A stretch of 64,000 nt of DNA from Thermoplasmata archaeon (GCA_034667725.1 JAXDQS010000002.1:32001-96000); one strand, 5' to 3'. Shown: positions 37,318-47,513, numbered from the stretch's first letter. Notes: generated by a model not told the origin, from the letters alone. Made by a program: numbers and translations.

Positions 37318-39612
37318 CTACTTGCGCTGCCGCAGCAAGTTGAGGGCGCTTCCTGCGCGGAACCACTCCAGCTGGTCCTTGGAGAAGGTGTGGCGGCACT
37401 CGATGCGCTCCTCGCGGCCGTCCTTGTGGCGCAGCACGACGGCCACCGGCTTGCCTGGCGCCATGTCCTTGAGGCCGACGACGCTGACGCGGTCGTCCTC
37501 CTGGACCTTGTCGTAGTCCGCCGGGTTGGCGAACGTCAAGGGCAGCAGGCCCTGCTTCTTCAGGTTCGTCTCGTGGATGCGGGCGAAGCTGCGGCATAGG
37601 ATGGCCCCGGCGCCCAGGTGGCGGGGCTCCATGGCGGCGTGCTCGCGGCTGGAGCCTTCGCCGTAGTTCTGGTCGCCGACGACGACCCACCGCAGGCCCT
37701 TGGCCTTGTAGTGGCGCGCGACCTCGGGGAACAGCTTGGTCTTGCCGTCGAGCTGGTCCTTGCCGCCGCCCGCGGAGCCGGTGAAGGCGTTGATGGCGCC
37801 CAGGAACAGGTTGTTGCTGATGTTGTCGAGGTGGCCGCGGTACTTGAGCCACGGGCCGGCCTGGCTGATGTGGTCCGTGGTGCACTTGCCCTTGGCCTTC
37901 AACAAGACGGGCAGGTCCAGCAGGTCGCCGCCGTCCCATGCCGGGAACGGCTCCAGCAATTGCAGGCGCTCGCTGGCGGGGCTGACCTTGACCTCAACCT
38001 CCTTGGCGGCAGGCGGGGCCAGGTAGCCGCCCGGGTCGGCCACGAAGCCCTTGGCGGGCACTTCGGGGGCCTGCTTGGGCGCAACAAGGCGGAACTTCTT
38101 GCCGTCGGAGCCGGTGAGCTCATCGGTCAAGGGATTGAAGCTGAGGCGGCCGGCGAGGCCGTAGGCGATGGTGATCTCGGGGCTGCCGATGAACGCCAGC
38201 GTGTTGGCCGAGCCGTCGTTGCGCTTCGGGAAGTTGCGGTTGTAAGACGTCACGATGGTGTTCTTGGCCTTCAGGTCCACGTCGGGGCGGTTCCATTGGC
38301 CGATGCAAGGGCCGCAGGCGTTGGCGAGCACGGTGGCGCCCACTTGCTGGAGGGTCTGCATCTGGCCGTCGCGCTGGATGGTGAGGTGGATCTGCTCCGA
38401 GCCGGGGGTCACGAGAAGCGGGGTCTGGACCTTGAGGCCGTGGCGGGCCGCTTGCGCCGCGACGTCGGCGGTGCGCTCCATGTCCTCGTAGCTGGAGTTG
38501 GTGCACGATCCGACTAGGGTCGCGGAGATGTGGTCCGGGTAGCCTTCCTTGGCGACGGCGGCGGCCATCTGCGAGACCGGGCGGGCCAGGTCGGGCGTAT
38601 GCGGGCCGACGAGGTGGGGCTCCAGCGTGGTGAGGTCGATCTCGACGACCTGGTCGAAGAACTTGGCAGGGTCGGCCTCGACCTCGGGGTCCGCGACCAG
38701 CAGCTCGCGGTGGACCTTGGCGGCCAGTCGCGCCAGCTCGGCGCGGCCGGTGGCGGCCAGGTAGGTGTCCATGCGCTCGTCGTGCGGGAACACCGAGGTG
38801 GTGGCGCCCAGCTCCGCGCCCATGTTGCAGATGGTGGCCTTGCCGGTGGCGCTGATGGTGGCGGCGCCGGGGCCGAAGTACTCGATGACCGCGTTGGTGC
38901 CGCCGGCCACCGTCAGGATGCCGCACAGCTTCAGGATGACGTCCTTGGGCGCCGTCCAGCCGGACAGCTTGCCGGTGAGCTTGACGCCGATGATCTTCGG
39001 ATGCAGCACTTCCCATGGGAAGCCCGCCATCACGTCGACCGCGTCCGCGCCGCCGACGCCCGAGGCGAACATGCCCAGGCCGCCGCCGTTCGGAGTGTGC
39101 GAGTCGGTGCCGATGACCATCTGGCCAGGGAAGGCGTACTGCTCCAGCACGACCTGGTGGATGATGCCGGCGCCCGGCTTCCAGAAGCCCATGCCGCACT
39201 TGGCCGCCGCCGTCCGCAGGAAGTCGTAGACCTCCTTGTTCTGGGTGTTGGCCTGCAGGAGGTCGTGCCTGGCGTCGACCTCGGCGGCGATGAGGTGGTC
39301 GCAATGGACCGTCGTCGGCACCGCCGTCTGGGCCTTGCCCGTGGTGAGGAACTGGAGGATGGCCATCTGGGCGGTGGCGTCCTGCATCGTGACCCGGTCG
39401 GGCCGCAGGTCGAGGTAGGCCTTGCCGCGGGCCAAGTCGGCGCCGGCGGGGTCGTCGAGGTGGGAGTAGAGCAGCTTCTCGGTGAGGGTGAGCGGGCGGC
39501 CCAGGCGCCTGCGGACGGTCGTGAGGCGCTTGGCCATCAGCTCGTAGCTGCGGGACACGAACGCGGGGGAGCTGGCGATGGGGTCCTGCGGGACGGTCTG
39601 GGCCATGGCCAT
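37318..39612 (-). CDS. acnA: aconitate hydratase (mitochondrial-type)
   Basis: [40 protein letters not shown]. Confidence 0.97.
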   Translation of the reverse strand: MAMAQTVPQDPIASSPAFVSRSYELMAKRLTTVRRRLGRPLTLTEKLLYSHLDDPAGADLARGKAYLDLRPDRVTMQDATAQMAILQFLTTGKAQTAVPTTVHCDHLIAAEVDARHDLLQANTQNKEVYDFLRTAAAKCGMGFWKPGAGIIHQVVLEQYAFPGQMVIGTDSHTPNGGGLGMFASGVGGADAVDVMAGFPWEVLHPKIIGVKLTGKLSGWTAPKDVILKLCGILTVAGGTNAVIEYFGPGAATISATGKATICNMGAELGATTSVFPHDERMDTYLAATGRAELARLAAKVHRELLVADPEVEADPAKFFDQVVEIDLTTLEPHLVGPHTPDLARPVSQMAAAVAKEGYPDHISATLVGSCTNSSYEDMERTADVAAQAARHGLKVQTPLLVTPGSEQIHLTIQRDGQMQTLQQVGATVLANACGPCIGQWNRPDVDLKAKNTIVTSYNRNFPKRNDGSANTLAFIGSPEITIAYGLAGRLSFNPLTDELTGSDGKKFRLVAPKQAPEVPAKGFVADPGGYLAPPAAKEVEVKVSPASERLQLLEPFPAWDGGDLLDLPVLLKAKGKCTTDHISQAGPWLKYRGHLDNISNNLFLGAINAFTGSAGGGKDQLDGKTKLFPEVARHYKAKGLRWVVVGDQNYGEGSSREHAAMEPRHLGAGAILCRSFARIHETNLKKQGLLPLTFANPADYDKVQEDDRVSVVGLKDMAPGKPVAVVLRHKDGREERIECRHTFSKDQLEWFRAGSALNLLRQRK

Positions 39613-39662
39613 GGGGGTCGGACCCGACCCATCCTTGGCGCTATTTCAAGGGTGGGGTGGGG

Positions 39663-40802
39663 TCAGGCCAACGCCGCCCGCGCGATCAGCATCCGCTGGA
39701 TTTCGCTGGTGCCCTCGTAGATCTCGGTTACCTTGGCGTCGCGCATCAGCCGCTCGACGACGTAGTCCATGGTGTAGCCGTTGCCGCCGTGGACCTGGAC
39801 GGCCTCGCGGGCAACCCAGGTGGCGGCCTCGCTGGCGAACAGCTTGGCGCGGCTGCCCATCTCGGGCGTGAGCGTGCCGGCGTCCTGGGCGGCGGCCGCC
39901 TTCAGGTAGAGCAGGCGGGAGGCCTCGATGCGGACGTCCATGTCGGCGAGCTTCCATTGGATGGCCTGGTTGGTGGCGATGGGCCGGCCGAACTGCTTGC
40001 GCTCCTTGGCGTAGGAGGTGGCTTCGTCAAATCCGCGCTGGGCGATGCCGACGGCCTGGGCTGCGATGGAGATGCGCGAGCCGTTGAGGGTCGCCATGAG
40101 CTGCTTGAACCCGTCGCCGGGCTTGCCGAGGAGGTTGTCCGTGGGCACTTCGAGGTCCACGAACGACAGGCGGGCGGTGTCGGAACCGCACAGGCCCAGC
40201 TTGTGCTCGGCGCCGTCCTTGCGGAAGCCTTTCCAGGAGGCCTCGACCGCGAACAGGCTGATGCCCTTGTGGCCCGCGGCGGGGTCGGTCTTGGCGGCGA
40301 CGATGGCGCTGCCGGCGTGGTTGCCGTTGGTGATGAACACCTTGGAGCCGTTGAGGAGGTAGTGGTCGCCTTGCCGCGTCGCCGTGGTCGCGAGCGCCGC
40401 CACGTCGGAGCCAGCCCCAGGCTCGGTCAGCGCGAAGCAGCCGATCCAGTCGCCGGCGGCCAGCTTGGGGAGGAAGCGCTGCTGCACGTCGGCGCTGCCC
40501 CATTGGACGATGGGCGTGGCCGCGACCGAGGCGTGGACCGCGAGCGTGACGCTGGTCGAGGCGCACGCCCAGGCGATCTCCTCCAGCATGAGGTTGAACG
40601 CCACCTTCGACACCGGGGCGCCGCCGAAGCGCTCGGGGATGGTCGGGCCCGTCATGCCGAGGGCCGCCAGCTCGCCAAACGACTCGGCGGGAAACAGCGA
40701 CTCGCGGTCGATGCGGGCGGCGCGGGGCGCGATGGCGGCGCGGGCGTGCTCGCGCGCCGTCTTCCGGATGAGCGCGTCCTCGTCCCGCAGCCGGAGGTCC
40801 AC
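39663..40802 (-). CDS. acyl-CoA dehydrogenase
   Basis: FALTEPGAGSD, GSKVFITNG, QFGRPI, IYEGTSEIQR; GTG start at 40802. Confidence 0.95.
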   Translation of the reverse strand: MDLRLRDEDALIRKTAREHARAAIAPRAARIDRESLFPAESFGELAALGMTGPTIPERFGGAPVSKVAFNLMLEEIAWACASTSVTLAVHASVAATPIVQWGSADVQQRFLPKLAAGDWIGCFALTEPGAGSDVAALATTATRQGDHYLLNGSKVFITNGNHAGSAIVAAKTDPAAGHKGISLFAVEASWKGFRKDGAEHKLGLCGSDTARLSFVDLEVPTDNLLGKPGDGFKQLMATLNGSRISIAAQAVGIAQRGFDEATSYAKERKQFGRPIATNQAIQWKLADMDVRIEASRLLYLKAAAAQDAGTLTPEMGSRAKLFASEAATWVAREAVQVHGGNGYTMDYVVERLMRDAKVTEIYEGTSEIQRMLIARAALA

Positions 40803-40835
40803 GCGGCGCCCACGAAGCGAAGGGTCTTGGCCGTT

Positions 40836-41780
40836 GTGCCGCTGCCTCCGGCGTTGCCCGGCCCTCCCCGGCGCCTCGTCTTTCCCCTCCCGTTCGCGCT
40901 CGCCACCGCCAACGGCTGGCTGTTTCCCGGCCGCCGTCCCGCCCTGCTGGACTGCGGGCTCGGCGACGCCGCGACGCGCCGCGTCCTGGTGGACGGCGGC
41001 GTGCGGCCCGAAGGCCTCACGCTCCTGGTGTCGCACGGCCACGTGGACCACGCGGGCAACGCGGCGTGGCTGGCGCGCCAGGGGGCGGTGCTGCACGCGC
41101 CGCCGGCGGAGTCGCGGTTCCTGGAGACGTTCCGCGCCGACTCGGTGCGGCGCAACGACGCGTTCGCGCAGGCGATGGCGCGGCACGGCACGCCGCCGGA
41201 CGTGGTGGCGCGGGTGCGCACGGAGGGGGCGGAGATCGACCAGTGGCTGGAGGACACGCCCATCGCGCGGCCCATCCGGGACGGCGAGGTGCTGGAGGTC
41301 GGCGACGGCGAGGCCAAGGTCCACCTGGCGCCGGGGCACACGCCGGGGTCGATGCTGCTGGAGACCGGCGACAACGAGCTGCTCTCCGGCGACACCTTGC
41401 TGGAGCACATCACTTCGAACGCCATCGAGCTGCTGGACGCCGACCGGGGGCGCTACCGGCAGTACCTGGAGACGCTGCGCGGGCTGCGCCGGTTCGCGGG
41501 CTGCCGCGTGCTGCCGGGCCACCACGAGCCGTTCGTGCTGACCGACGAGTTGTTGGACGGGCACTTGGCGAAGCACGCCCGCCGGCAGGGCCGGGTGCTC
41601 GCGGGCCTGGAACGCCCGGCGTCCGCCTGGGAACTCCTGCCGAAAGTGCTGCCGCACCTGGCCCAGGACCAGGTTTTCCTCGGGATGTGCGAGGTCGTGG
41701 GCCACCTGCACGCGCTCGAGCTGGACGGCAAGTGCCGCGCCGTCGGCGGCGACCCTTTGAGGTTCGTCCGAGACGCTTGA
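40836..41780 (+). CDS. MBL-fold metallo-hydrolase
   Basis: SHGHVDH, PGHTPG, SGD, PGH; start approximate. Confidence 0.9.
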   Translation: MPLPPALPGPPRRLVFPLPFALATANGWLFPGRRPALLDCGLGDAATRRVLVDGGVRPEGLTLLVSHGHVDHAGNAAWLARQGAVLHAPPAESRFLETFRADSVRRNDAFAQAMARHGTPPDVVARVRTEGAEIDQWLEDTPIARPIRDGEVLEVGDGEAKVHLAPGHTPGSMLLETGDNELLSGDTLLEHITSNAIELLDADRGRYRQYLETLRGLRRFAGCRVLPGHHEPFVLTDELLDGHLAKHARRQGRVLAGLERPASAWELLPKVLPHLAQDQVFLGMCEVVGHLHALELDGKCRAVGGDPLRFVRDA

Positions 41781-41807
41781 TAATCCCTGGAGCCGAGTTG
41801 TTCCACC

Positions 41808-41915
41808 ATGGATGACCTCATGCCGCCGCCGACCCGTCGCGAGCTGGTCGTGACCCTCGGCCTCATGGCCGCCCTCCTCGTCGGCGTCCACTTCGCGCTG
41901 CCCGTCCTGATGTAG
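41808..41915 (+). CDS. 35-aa single-TM protein
   Basis: MDDLMPPPTRRELVVTLGLMAALLVGVHFALPVLM. Confidence 0.45.
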   Translation: MDDLMPPPTRRELVVTLGLMAALLVGVHFALPVLM

Positions 41916-41933
41916 CTGGCCGCGCGCCCTACG

Positions 41934-41941
41934 CTTTTAAC
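41934..41941 (+). promoter_or_regulatory. TATA box of the aIF2-gamma operon
   Basis: CTTTTAAC about 25 nt upstream of GTG 41963 (leaderless-type spacing). Confidence 0.55.
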
Positions 41942-41962
41942 GGCCCCTCCGCTGGCCGCGCC

Positions 41963-43264
41963 GTGGCGACGAAGAAGCCGACCGAGGGTGCTGCCAAGAA
42001 GGGCGAGGCGAAGGCCTCCGCCGGCGCGGCGCCCGCGTTCGAGCAGCCTGAGGTCAACATCGGCCTCATCGGCCATGTCGACCACGGCAAGACGACCCTG
42101 ACGAAGGCGCTCTCCGGCAAGTGGACCGACGAGCACTCCGAGGAGATCAAGCGCGGCATCAGCATCAAGCTGGGCTACGCGGACACGACGTTCTACAAGG
42201 GCGCCGACAAGGACGGCAACGTCCTGCACACCACCAAGGCCGACGACCCCCGGCTGGCGGGCGCCCCGACGAAGCTCCGGCGCGTGTCGTTCGTCGACGC
42301 CCCCGGCCACGAGACCCTGATGGCCACGATGCTGTCCGGCGCCGCCTTGATGGACGGAGCCCTGCTGTTGGTGGCCGCCAACGAGAAGTGCCCCCAGCCG
42401 CAGACCAAGGAGCACCTGATGGCGCTGCAGATCGCCGGCGCCCGGAACATCGTCATCGTCCAGAACAAGATCGACCTGGTGGACGAGAAGCGCGCCATCC
42501 AGAACTACGAGGAGATCAAGGCGTTCGTCAAGGGCACCGTGGCGGAGCAGGCGCCCGTCATCCCGATCTCGGCGCACCACGACGTCAACATCAGCGCGCT
42601 CATCGAGGCCATCGAGCGCACCATCCCGACGCCGAAGCACGACCCCAAGGCAGACCCGGTCCTCCTGGTGGCCCGTAGCTTCGACATCAACAAGCCCGGC
42701 ACCCGCCCGGACAAGCTGCGGGGCGGCGTCATGGGCGGCTCGCTGTCGCGCGGCACCATCACGGTCGGCGACGAGATCGAAGTCGTGCCCGGCCTGCGCG
42801 TCGAGGCCCCCGACGGCAAGGCGGTCTACAAGCCCCTGAAGTCGAAGGTGGTGGCGCTGTTCTGCGGCGCCCAGGCGGTCGAGCAGGCCGGCCCGGGCGG
42901 GCTGATTGCCATCGGCACCGAGCTGGACCCGAGCGTCACCAAGGCCGACAACCTGGTGGGCCGCGTCATCGGCCTGTCCGGCAAGCTGCCGCACAGCATC
43001 GACCGCCTCGCCATGCAGGTCACGCTCTTGGAGCGCGTCGTCGGCGCCGAGGACGAGGCCGCCGTCGAGCCGATCAAGGTCAAGGAGCCGCTCATGCTGA
43101 ACGTCGGCACCGCGACCACCGTCGGCCTGGTGCTGAAGTCGGCCAACAACCTGGTGGAGGCGGCCCTCAAGCTCCCGGTCGCCGCCGAGCCGGGCGCCCG
43201 CATCGCCATCAGCCGCCGCGTCGGCGGCCGCTGGCGCCTCATCGGCTACGGCCTGCTGAAGTGA
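41963..43264 (+). CDS. eif2g: translation initiation factor 2 gamma subunit
   Basis: QPEVNIG..GHVDHGKTT, EEIKRGISIKLGY, DAPGHE, NKID, WRLIGYG. Confidence 0.97.
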   Translation: MATKKPTEGAAKKGEAKASAGAAPAFEQPEVNIGLIGHVDHGKTTLTKALSGKWTDEHSEEIKRGISIKLGYADTTFYKGADKDGNVLHTTKADDPRLAGAPTKLRRVSFVDAPGHETLMATMLSGAALMDGALLLVAANEKCPQPQTKEHLMALQIAGARNIVIVQNKIDLVDEKRAIQNYEEIKAFVKGTVAEQAPVIPISAHHDVNISALIEAIERTIPTPKHDPKADPVLLVARSFDINKPGTRPDKLRGGVMGGSLSRGTITVGDEIEVVPGLRVEAPDGKAVYKPLKSKVVALFCGAQAVEQAGPGGLIAIGTELDPSVTKADNLVGRVIGLSGKLPHSIDRLAMQVTLLERVVGAEDEAAVEPIKVKEPLMLNVGTATTVGLVLKSANNLVEAALKLPVAAEPGARIAISRRVGGRWRLIGYGLLK

Positions 43265-43271
43265 GGGCGGC

Positions 43272-43661
43272 GTGGTCGTCGTCCCCGTCGTGCTCGACAC
43301 GAACGCCATCCTCCTGCCCTTCACCCAAGGCACCCGCCTGGAGGAGCCGCTGGCCGAGCTCCTGGGCGCCTACGAGCTGCACCTCCCGACCAGCGTCATC
43401 CCCGAGCTGCAACGCCTGAGCGAGAACCAGGGCGCCACCGGCCGCGCCGCCAAGATGGCCCTCAAGTTCTCGGAGCGCTGCGTCCGCGAGCCCACCGGCC
43501 TCATGGGCGACGACGGCATCCTCCAGGTGGCCCGTCGCCTGGGCGCCGTCGTGTTCACCAACGACCGCAAGCTCCAGCTGGAGTGCGTCAAGTCGGGGCT
43601 GCGCGTCCTCGTCGCGCGCGAGCGCGAGGGCATCGGCTGGTACCGCGGCGGCTCCGGCTAG
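43272..43661 (+). CDS. PIN-domain protein (Fcf1/Utp24-like)
   Basis: VLDTNA, EL, DD, TNDR; conserved archaeal position after eif2g. Confidence 0.85.
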   Translation: MVVVPVVLDTNAILLPFTQGTRLEEPLAELLGAYELHLPTSVIPELQRLSENQGATGRAAKMALKFSERCVREPTGLMGDDGILQVARRLGAVVFTNDRKLQLECVKSGLRVLVAREREGIGWYRGGSG

Positions 43662-44002
43662 GCCTTCTTGGGCTTGGCCTTGGCCGGTTGCGGCCCCACG
43701 CCCAGCAAGCGTTGCGCGGCCCGGCGCCGCAGTTGCGCATCCACCAAGAGCGGCAGCGTCGTCAGGATGCAGAACACCGCCACCGCCCGGAACGCCTCGC
43801 CCTGGAACGCGTACCACATCCCGAAGACGAGCGCCACCAGCACCATCAGCACCGCCACCCGGGCTTCGTTGCGCGCCGACTCCAGCAGGATCTCGGCCTG
43901 CACGGCGGAGTCCAGCTCGGACTCCCCGTAGCGGAACACGGTGCTCCACGGGCGAGCCACGCCCGAGGAGCGGCCGCAGGCGCCAAAAGGCCACCGCCTC
44001 AA
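43658..44002 (-). CDS. small two-TM membrane protein
   Basis: Two hydrophobic helices and a basic tail; start uncertain. Confidence 0.6.
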   Translation of the reverse strand: MRRWPFGACGRSSGVARPWSTVFRYGESELDSAVQAEILLESARNEARVAVLMVLVALVFGMWYAFQGEAFRAVAVFCILTTLPLLVDAQLRRRAAQRLLGVGPQPAKAKPKKA

Positions 44003-44033
44003 CGGTCAAGGCGGGTCCGCCCCTGGCGCCGGC

Positions 44034-44666
44034 GTGGCCCCGTCGACCCGGCTGCTGTTCTGCCGCCACGGCGAGGTGCAGGCCGACATGGTCGGTTCGT
44101 TCCTCGGGCGCACCGACGCCCCTCTGTCCGACCTCGGCCGCCACCAGGCGGAGGCCATGGGCGCCTACCTCGGGGACGCCCCCATCGACGCGGTGGTCGT
44201 GAGCCCGCTCAAGCGCGCGCTCGACACCGCCGCCCCGCTGGCGCGCGCCCTGCACCAGAAGCTGGAGGTCCGGCGCGAGTTCCGCGAGATGGACTACGGC
44301 GACTGGGACGGCCTGCACTGGCCCCAGATCGAGGGCCGCGACCCGGAGCTGGCGCGCCGCTGGCAGGCGGACCCGCAGGGGCTGTCCTGCCCGGGCGGCG
44401 AGTCGGGCCAGTCGTTCCAGGACCGGGTCGCCGCCGCCTTGGACGGCCTGCTCGCGGAGTTCGCGGGCCGCCAGGTCGCGCTGGTCAGCCACGCCGGCGT
44501 CAACCGCGTCGTGCTGGCCGAGCTGTTGGGCCGACGGTTCGTGGACGCCTTCGTGTTCGTGCAGGACTACGGCTGCGTCAACGCCGCCGCCTGGAGCGAG
44601 CATGGCGGCCACGTCGTCCTGGTGAACTTCGTGCCCGGCCCGAAGGCCGCCCAGACGGGCGACTAG
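44034..44666 (+). CDS. histidine phosphatase family protein
   Basis: RHG, SPLKRA, E.DYGDWDG, PGGES, SHAG. Confidence 0.92.
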   Translation: MAPSTRLLFCRHGEVQADMVGSFLGRTDAPLSDLGRHQAEAMGAYLGDAPIDAVVVSPLKRALDTAAPLARALHQKLEVRREFREMDYGDWDGLHWPQIEGRDPELARRWQADPQGLSCPGGESGQSFQDRVAAALDGLLAEFAGRQVALVSHAGVNRVVLAELLGRRFVDAFVFVQDYGCVNAAAWSEHGGHVVLVNFVPGPKAAQTGD

Positions 44667-44773
44667 TCCAGGAGGTCGCGGGCCCGCTCCCGGAACGCCC
44701 GAGGCATCTGGCCCGTGGCCAGCAAGGCGTCGATCAGCTCCAAGGCGCGGCGCAAGCGTTCGGCGTCGGACAT
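44663..44773 (-). CDS. 36-aa hypothetical protein downstream of dcm
   Basis: MSDAERLRRALELIDALLATGQMPRAFRERARDLLD; amphipathic helix. Confidence 0.4.
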   Translation of the reverse strand: MSDAERLRRALELIDALLATGQMPRAFRERARDLLD

Positions 44774-44798
44774 GGCCGGGCGAACGCGGCCGGCGCCA

Positions 44799-46043
44799 TC
44801 AGGCGTGCAGGGCGATGGGTGGAAGGTTCGCCTGGCCCTCGAGGCGGGCGAGGGCGTGTCCCATCCGCTCGACCAGGCCGACGACCAGGGCGTTGCCCAT
44901 GGTGAAGTAGCGCCACCGCTCGGGCATCCCCTCGGTCCAGCCGTCGGGGAAGCCGTCCAGCCGCTCGCACTCCACCGGCGTCAGCACCCGGAGGCGCCCG
45001 GTGCGCGGGTCCTGGATGAGGTGGTTGCTCCGGCTCGGCCCAAGGCCGCCTTCGCCGGTCAGCAGGGTCCGGGCCGGCTGGTCGAGGTGGTCGGGGAACG
45101 GGATGGCCCCCTCGGAGTAGTGGTACTGGTGGCCGTTGGCGGCGACCCGCTGCTCCCGCTTGGCGCCCTTGAGGTACTTCCAGCGGGCCAAGGCCTCCTC
45201 CGGGACGAAGTACTGCCCGGGCACGGCGCGCTCCAGCACCCCCGCCAGCGTGGCCGTGGCCTCCTTGCGGCTGTCGACGCGCCGCGTCCAGACGTCGCGG
45301 CCCGCCATCACGCCGGCGTTCTGGAACTCGCCCACGAACGCATCGCTCAACCGCGACAGCGACCGGGACAGCCGCATCGTGGGCGCCGCCGGCACGGCCA
45401 GGCGGACCTGCGGCGGCACCGCCGGGAACGCCTGCGCAAAGAAGCCGTCGCGGTCGAGGAACGCAGGCGACGCGGCGCCGGCCTGCATCGCGGCGGCCGC
45501 GGCCGTGCGCCGGTGCGCGGCGAACAGGAAGACCCGCCGGCGGCGCTGCGGGGCGCCGTGGTCGGCCGCGTTCAGCACCCGCCACTCCACGGCGTAGCCG
45601 AGGTTCGCGAGGCTGGCCAGCAGGATGGCGAAGTCGCGGCCGCGCTGCCGGGCCGGCGACTTGAGGAGCCGGTCCACGTTCTCCAGCAGCAGGTAGGACG
45701 GGCGGCGGGCGGCCACGATGCGCCGGATCTCCCACCAGAGGACGCCCTTCTTGCCTTGGATGCCGTGCGACTTGTCGAGGGTCGCGGCCACGGAGTAGTC
45801 CTGGCATGGGAAGCCGCCGACCAGGAGGTCGTGCTCCGGGATGTCCTTGGGCTTCACCTGCGCGATGTCGGCGTTGAGGTGGCCGTCGGGGCCGAAATGG
45901 CGGACGTAGCACTCGGAGGCCCACTGGCTGCGCTTGCCCGGCTCCCACTGGTTGCTCCAGACCACCTTGTGGCCGGCCCGCTCCAAGCCGAGGCGGAAGC
46001 CCCCCACGCCAGCGAACAGCTCGGCGACGCGCAGGCCTCCCAT
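44799..46043 (-). CDS. dcm: DNA (cytosine-5)-methyltransferase, M.Sau3AI-like
   Basis: FAGVGG, GFPCQDYS, ENVDRLLKSP..QRGRDF, QRRRR, MGNA. Confidence 0.95.
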   Translation of the reverse strand: MGGLRVAELFAGVGGFRLGLERAGHKVVWSNQWEPGKRSQWASECYVRHFGPDGHLNADIAQVKPKDIPEHDLLVGGFPCQDYSVAATLDKSHGIQGKKGVLWWEIRRIVAARRPSYLLLENVDRLLKSPARQRGRDFAILLASLANLGYAVEWRVLNAADHGAPQRRRRVFLFAAHRRTAAAAAMQAGAASPAFLDRDGFFAQAFPAVPPQVRLAVPAAPTMRLSRSLSRLSDAFVGEFQNAGVMAGRDVWTRRVDSRKEATATLAGVLERAVPGQYFVPEEALARWKYLKGAKREQRVAANGHQYHYSEGAIPFPDHLDQPARTLLTGEGGLGPSRSNHLIQDPRTGRLRVLTPVECERLDGFPDGWTEGMPERWRYFTMGNALVVGLVERMGHALARLEGQANLPPIALHA

Positions 46044-46126
46044 CCGGGTGGTGGAACCTATCTCACCGCTTAAGATTCGGCCCCCTCCTGGGTGAAATCG
46101 TGGAGGCCGCCCGCCCGAAGCCGCTC

Positions 46127-46591
46127 ATGCACTTCTTCGGGGACGACCCCATCCCCCCGGCACGATCCAGGCAGATGTCCAGGATTCGCGGCCGCGACAC
46201 CGCCCCCGAGCTGGCGCTGCGGCGGGCCCTGTGGAAGGAAGGCGTCCGGTTCCGGGTGAACGTGCGGGACCTGCCCGGCCGCCCCGACATCGCGAGCAAG
46301 AAGGCCAAGGTGGCCGTGTTCGTGGATGGCTGCTTCTGGCACGGCTGCCCCGAGCATTACCGCGCGCCGAGGACGAGGCGGGCATACTGGGAGGAGAAAA
46401 TCAGGCGGAACCAGGAGCGGCGGCGCCAGGTCATGCAGCAGTACCCGCCCGACTGGCAAGCCTTCGAAGTGTTCGAATGCGTCTTGGGCAAGGATTTGCC
46501 GAACATCCAGCGACGCGTGGCGAAATTGTTTGAAGCCCGGCCCAGTTCCCGCAGCCGTGCGCCGGTTCCGCGACCTCCTGGCCCGCGCTGA
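46127..46591 (+). CDS. vsr: very-short-patch repair endonuclease
   Basis: MSRIRGRDTAPE, LPGRPDI, FVDGCFWHGC, YWEEKIRRN. Confidence 0.92.
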   Translation: MHFFGDDPIPPARSRQMSRIRGRDTAPELALRRALWKEGVRFRVNVRDLPGRPDIASKKAKVAVFVDGCFWHGCPEHYRAPRTRRAYWEEKIRRNQERRRQVMQQYPPDWQAFEVFECVLGKDLPNIQRRVAKLFEARPSSRSRAPVPRPPGPR

Positions 46592-47234
46592 CGCCTTGCA
46601 AGGGGTCCCGTTCGCCGAGCTGGCCGAGGCGCACGGCATCGCCTGGACCGACGAGGCCGCCAAGCGGAAAGGACTCACCGGCCGCATCAGCCAAGCCTGC
46701 CTGGGCGTCCCGGAAAGCCCGGACGAGGAGCCCGACATCCAGGACTACCGCATCGAGCTCAAGGCGTTCCCCGTGAGCGTCGGCCTCAAAGTGCAGGAGA
46801 ACGTCAAGATCCGCACCGTCACCCCCGCCCACGTGCGGACCCAGGTCTGGCCCGAGTCCAGCGTCTTCCGGAAGATGCGGACGGTCCTGTTCATGCCGGT
46901 CGTGAAGCCGGACAAGGCCGACCCGGGGCCGTGGCATTTCCGCAGCCCGTTCATCTGGATGCCCTCCGTGGCCGACGAGCGCCAGATTCAAGCCGACTAC
47001 GAGGCCGTGCGCGCCCTGGTGCTGGCCGGCACCCCCGACCTCGTCTCGTCGGCCGAGCCTCCCGAAGGCCAAGGGACCTACCTCATCGCGAACACCGCCG
47101 GCCGGGACGCCTCCGACCTCACCAACTATGGCACCGAAGCCCAGCCCGTCCTGGGCAAGCGGCGGGCCTGGATGCTCCGCAAGGCGTTCATGCAGAGCCT
47201 GGTCGAGGAGCACGTCCGGTATCGGGCACCTTAG
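46530..47234 (+). CDS. MutH/Sau3AI-family endonuclease (single domain)
   Basis: KGLTG…PD…IELK catalytic motif, DYE, RAWMLRKAF; TTG 46530 or GTG 46557 start. Confidence 0.8.
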   Translation: MKPGPVPAAVRRFRDLLARADALQGVPFAELAEAHGIAWTDEAAKRKGLTGRISQACLGVPESPDEEPDIQDYRIELKAFPVSVGLKVQENVKIRTVTPAHVRTQVWPESSVFRKMRTVLFMPVVKPDKADPGPWHFRSPFIWMPSVADERQIQADYEAVRALVLAGTPDLVSSAEPPEGQGTYLIANTAGRDASDLTNYGTEAQPVLGKRRAWMLRKAFMQSLVEEHVRYRAP

Positions 47235-47317
47235 CGCCGGCGCCAGGATTTGAACCTGGAAGGGCGTGGCCCGGCGGTTTTCAAGACCGCTGCCATACCG
47301 GATTAGGCGACGCCGGC
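47235..47317 (-). tRNA. tRNA-Ser (TGA)
   Basis: GCCGGCG acceptor stem, D arm, GCGGT-CTTGAAA-ACCGC anticodon arm, long variable arm, CCAGG-TTCAAAT-CCTGG T arm, G discriminator; CCA not encoded. Confidence 0.95.
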
Positions 47318-47513
47318 TTCGGGCTGGCGACACGCCGCCGCCACTTGAGCCAAGCGTTCAAGGATTGGAGGGCTGAGCGCAGCGAAGCCCTCCGGACCGC
47401 GGGCGACCCGCGGGGCGCAGCCCCCGGCTGCCATACCGGATTAGGCGACGCCGGCTTCGCTCCAGCGACCCAGGGCGGCCACTTGAGGCAAGCGTTCCAA
47501 GGATCGGGAGGGC
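47289..47513 (-). repeat. direct duplication of the tRNA 5' end plus upstream DNA (47289-47373 / 47427-47513) around a hairpin spacer
   Basis: 33 bp identical (GCTGCCATACCGGATTAGGCGACGCCGGCTTCG), then CCACTTGAG.CAAGCGTTC.AAGGAT..GGAGGGC. Confidence 0.9.

Noticed and set aside
47235-47513. Classical attL/attR of a tRNA-integrated element carrying the R-M genes
   Set aside because: The duplicated part is the tRNA 5' end and lies on the side away from the R-M genes; no 3' duplicate or integrase was seen
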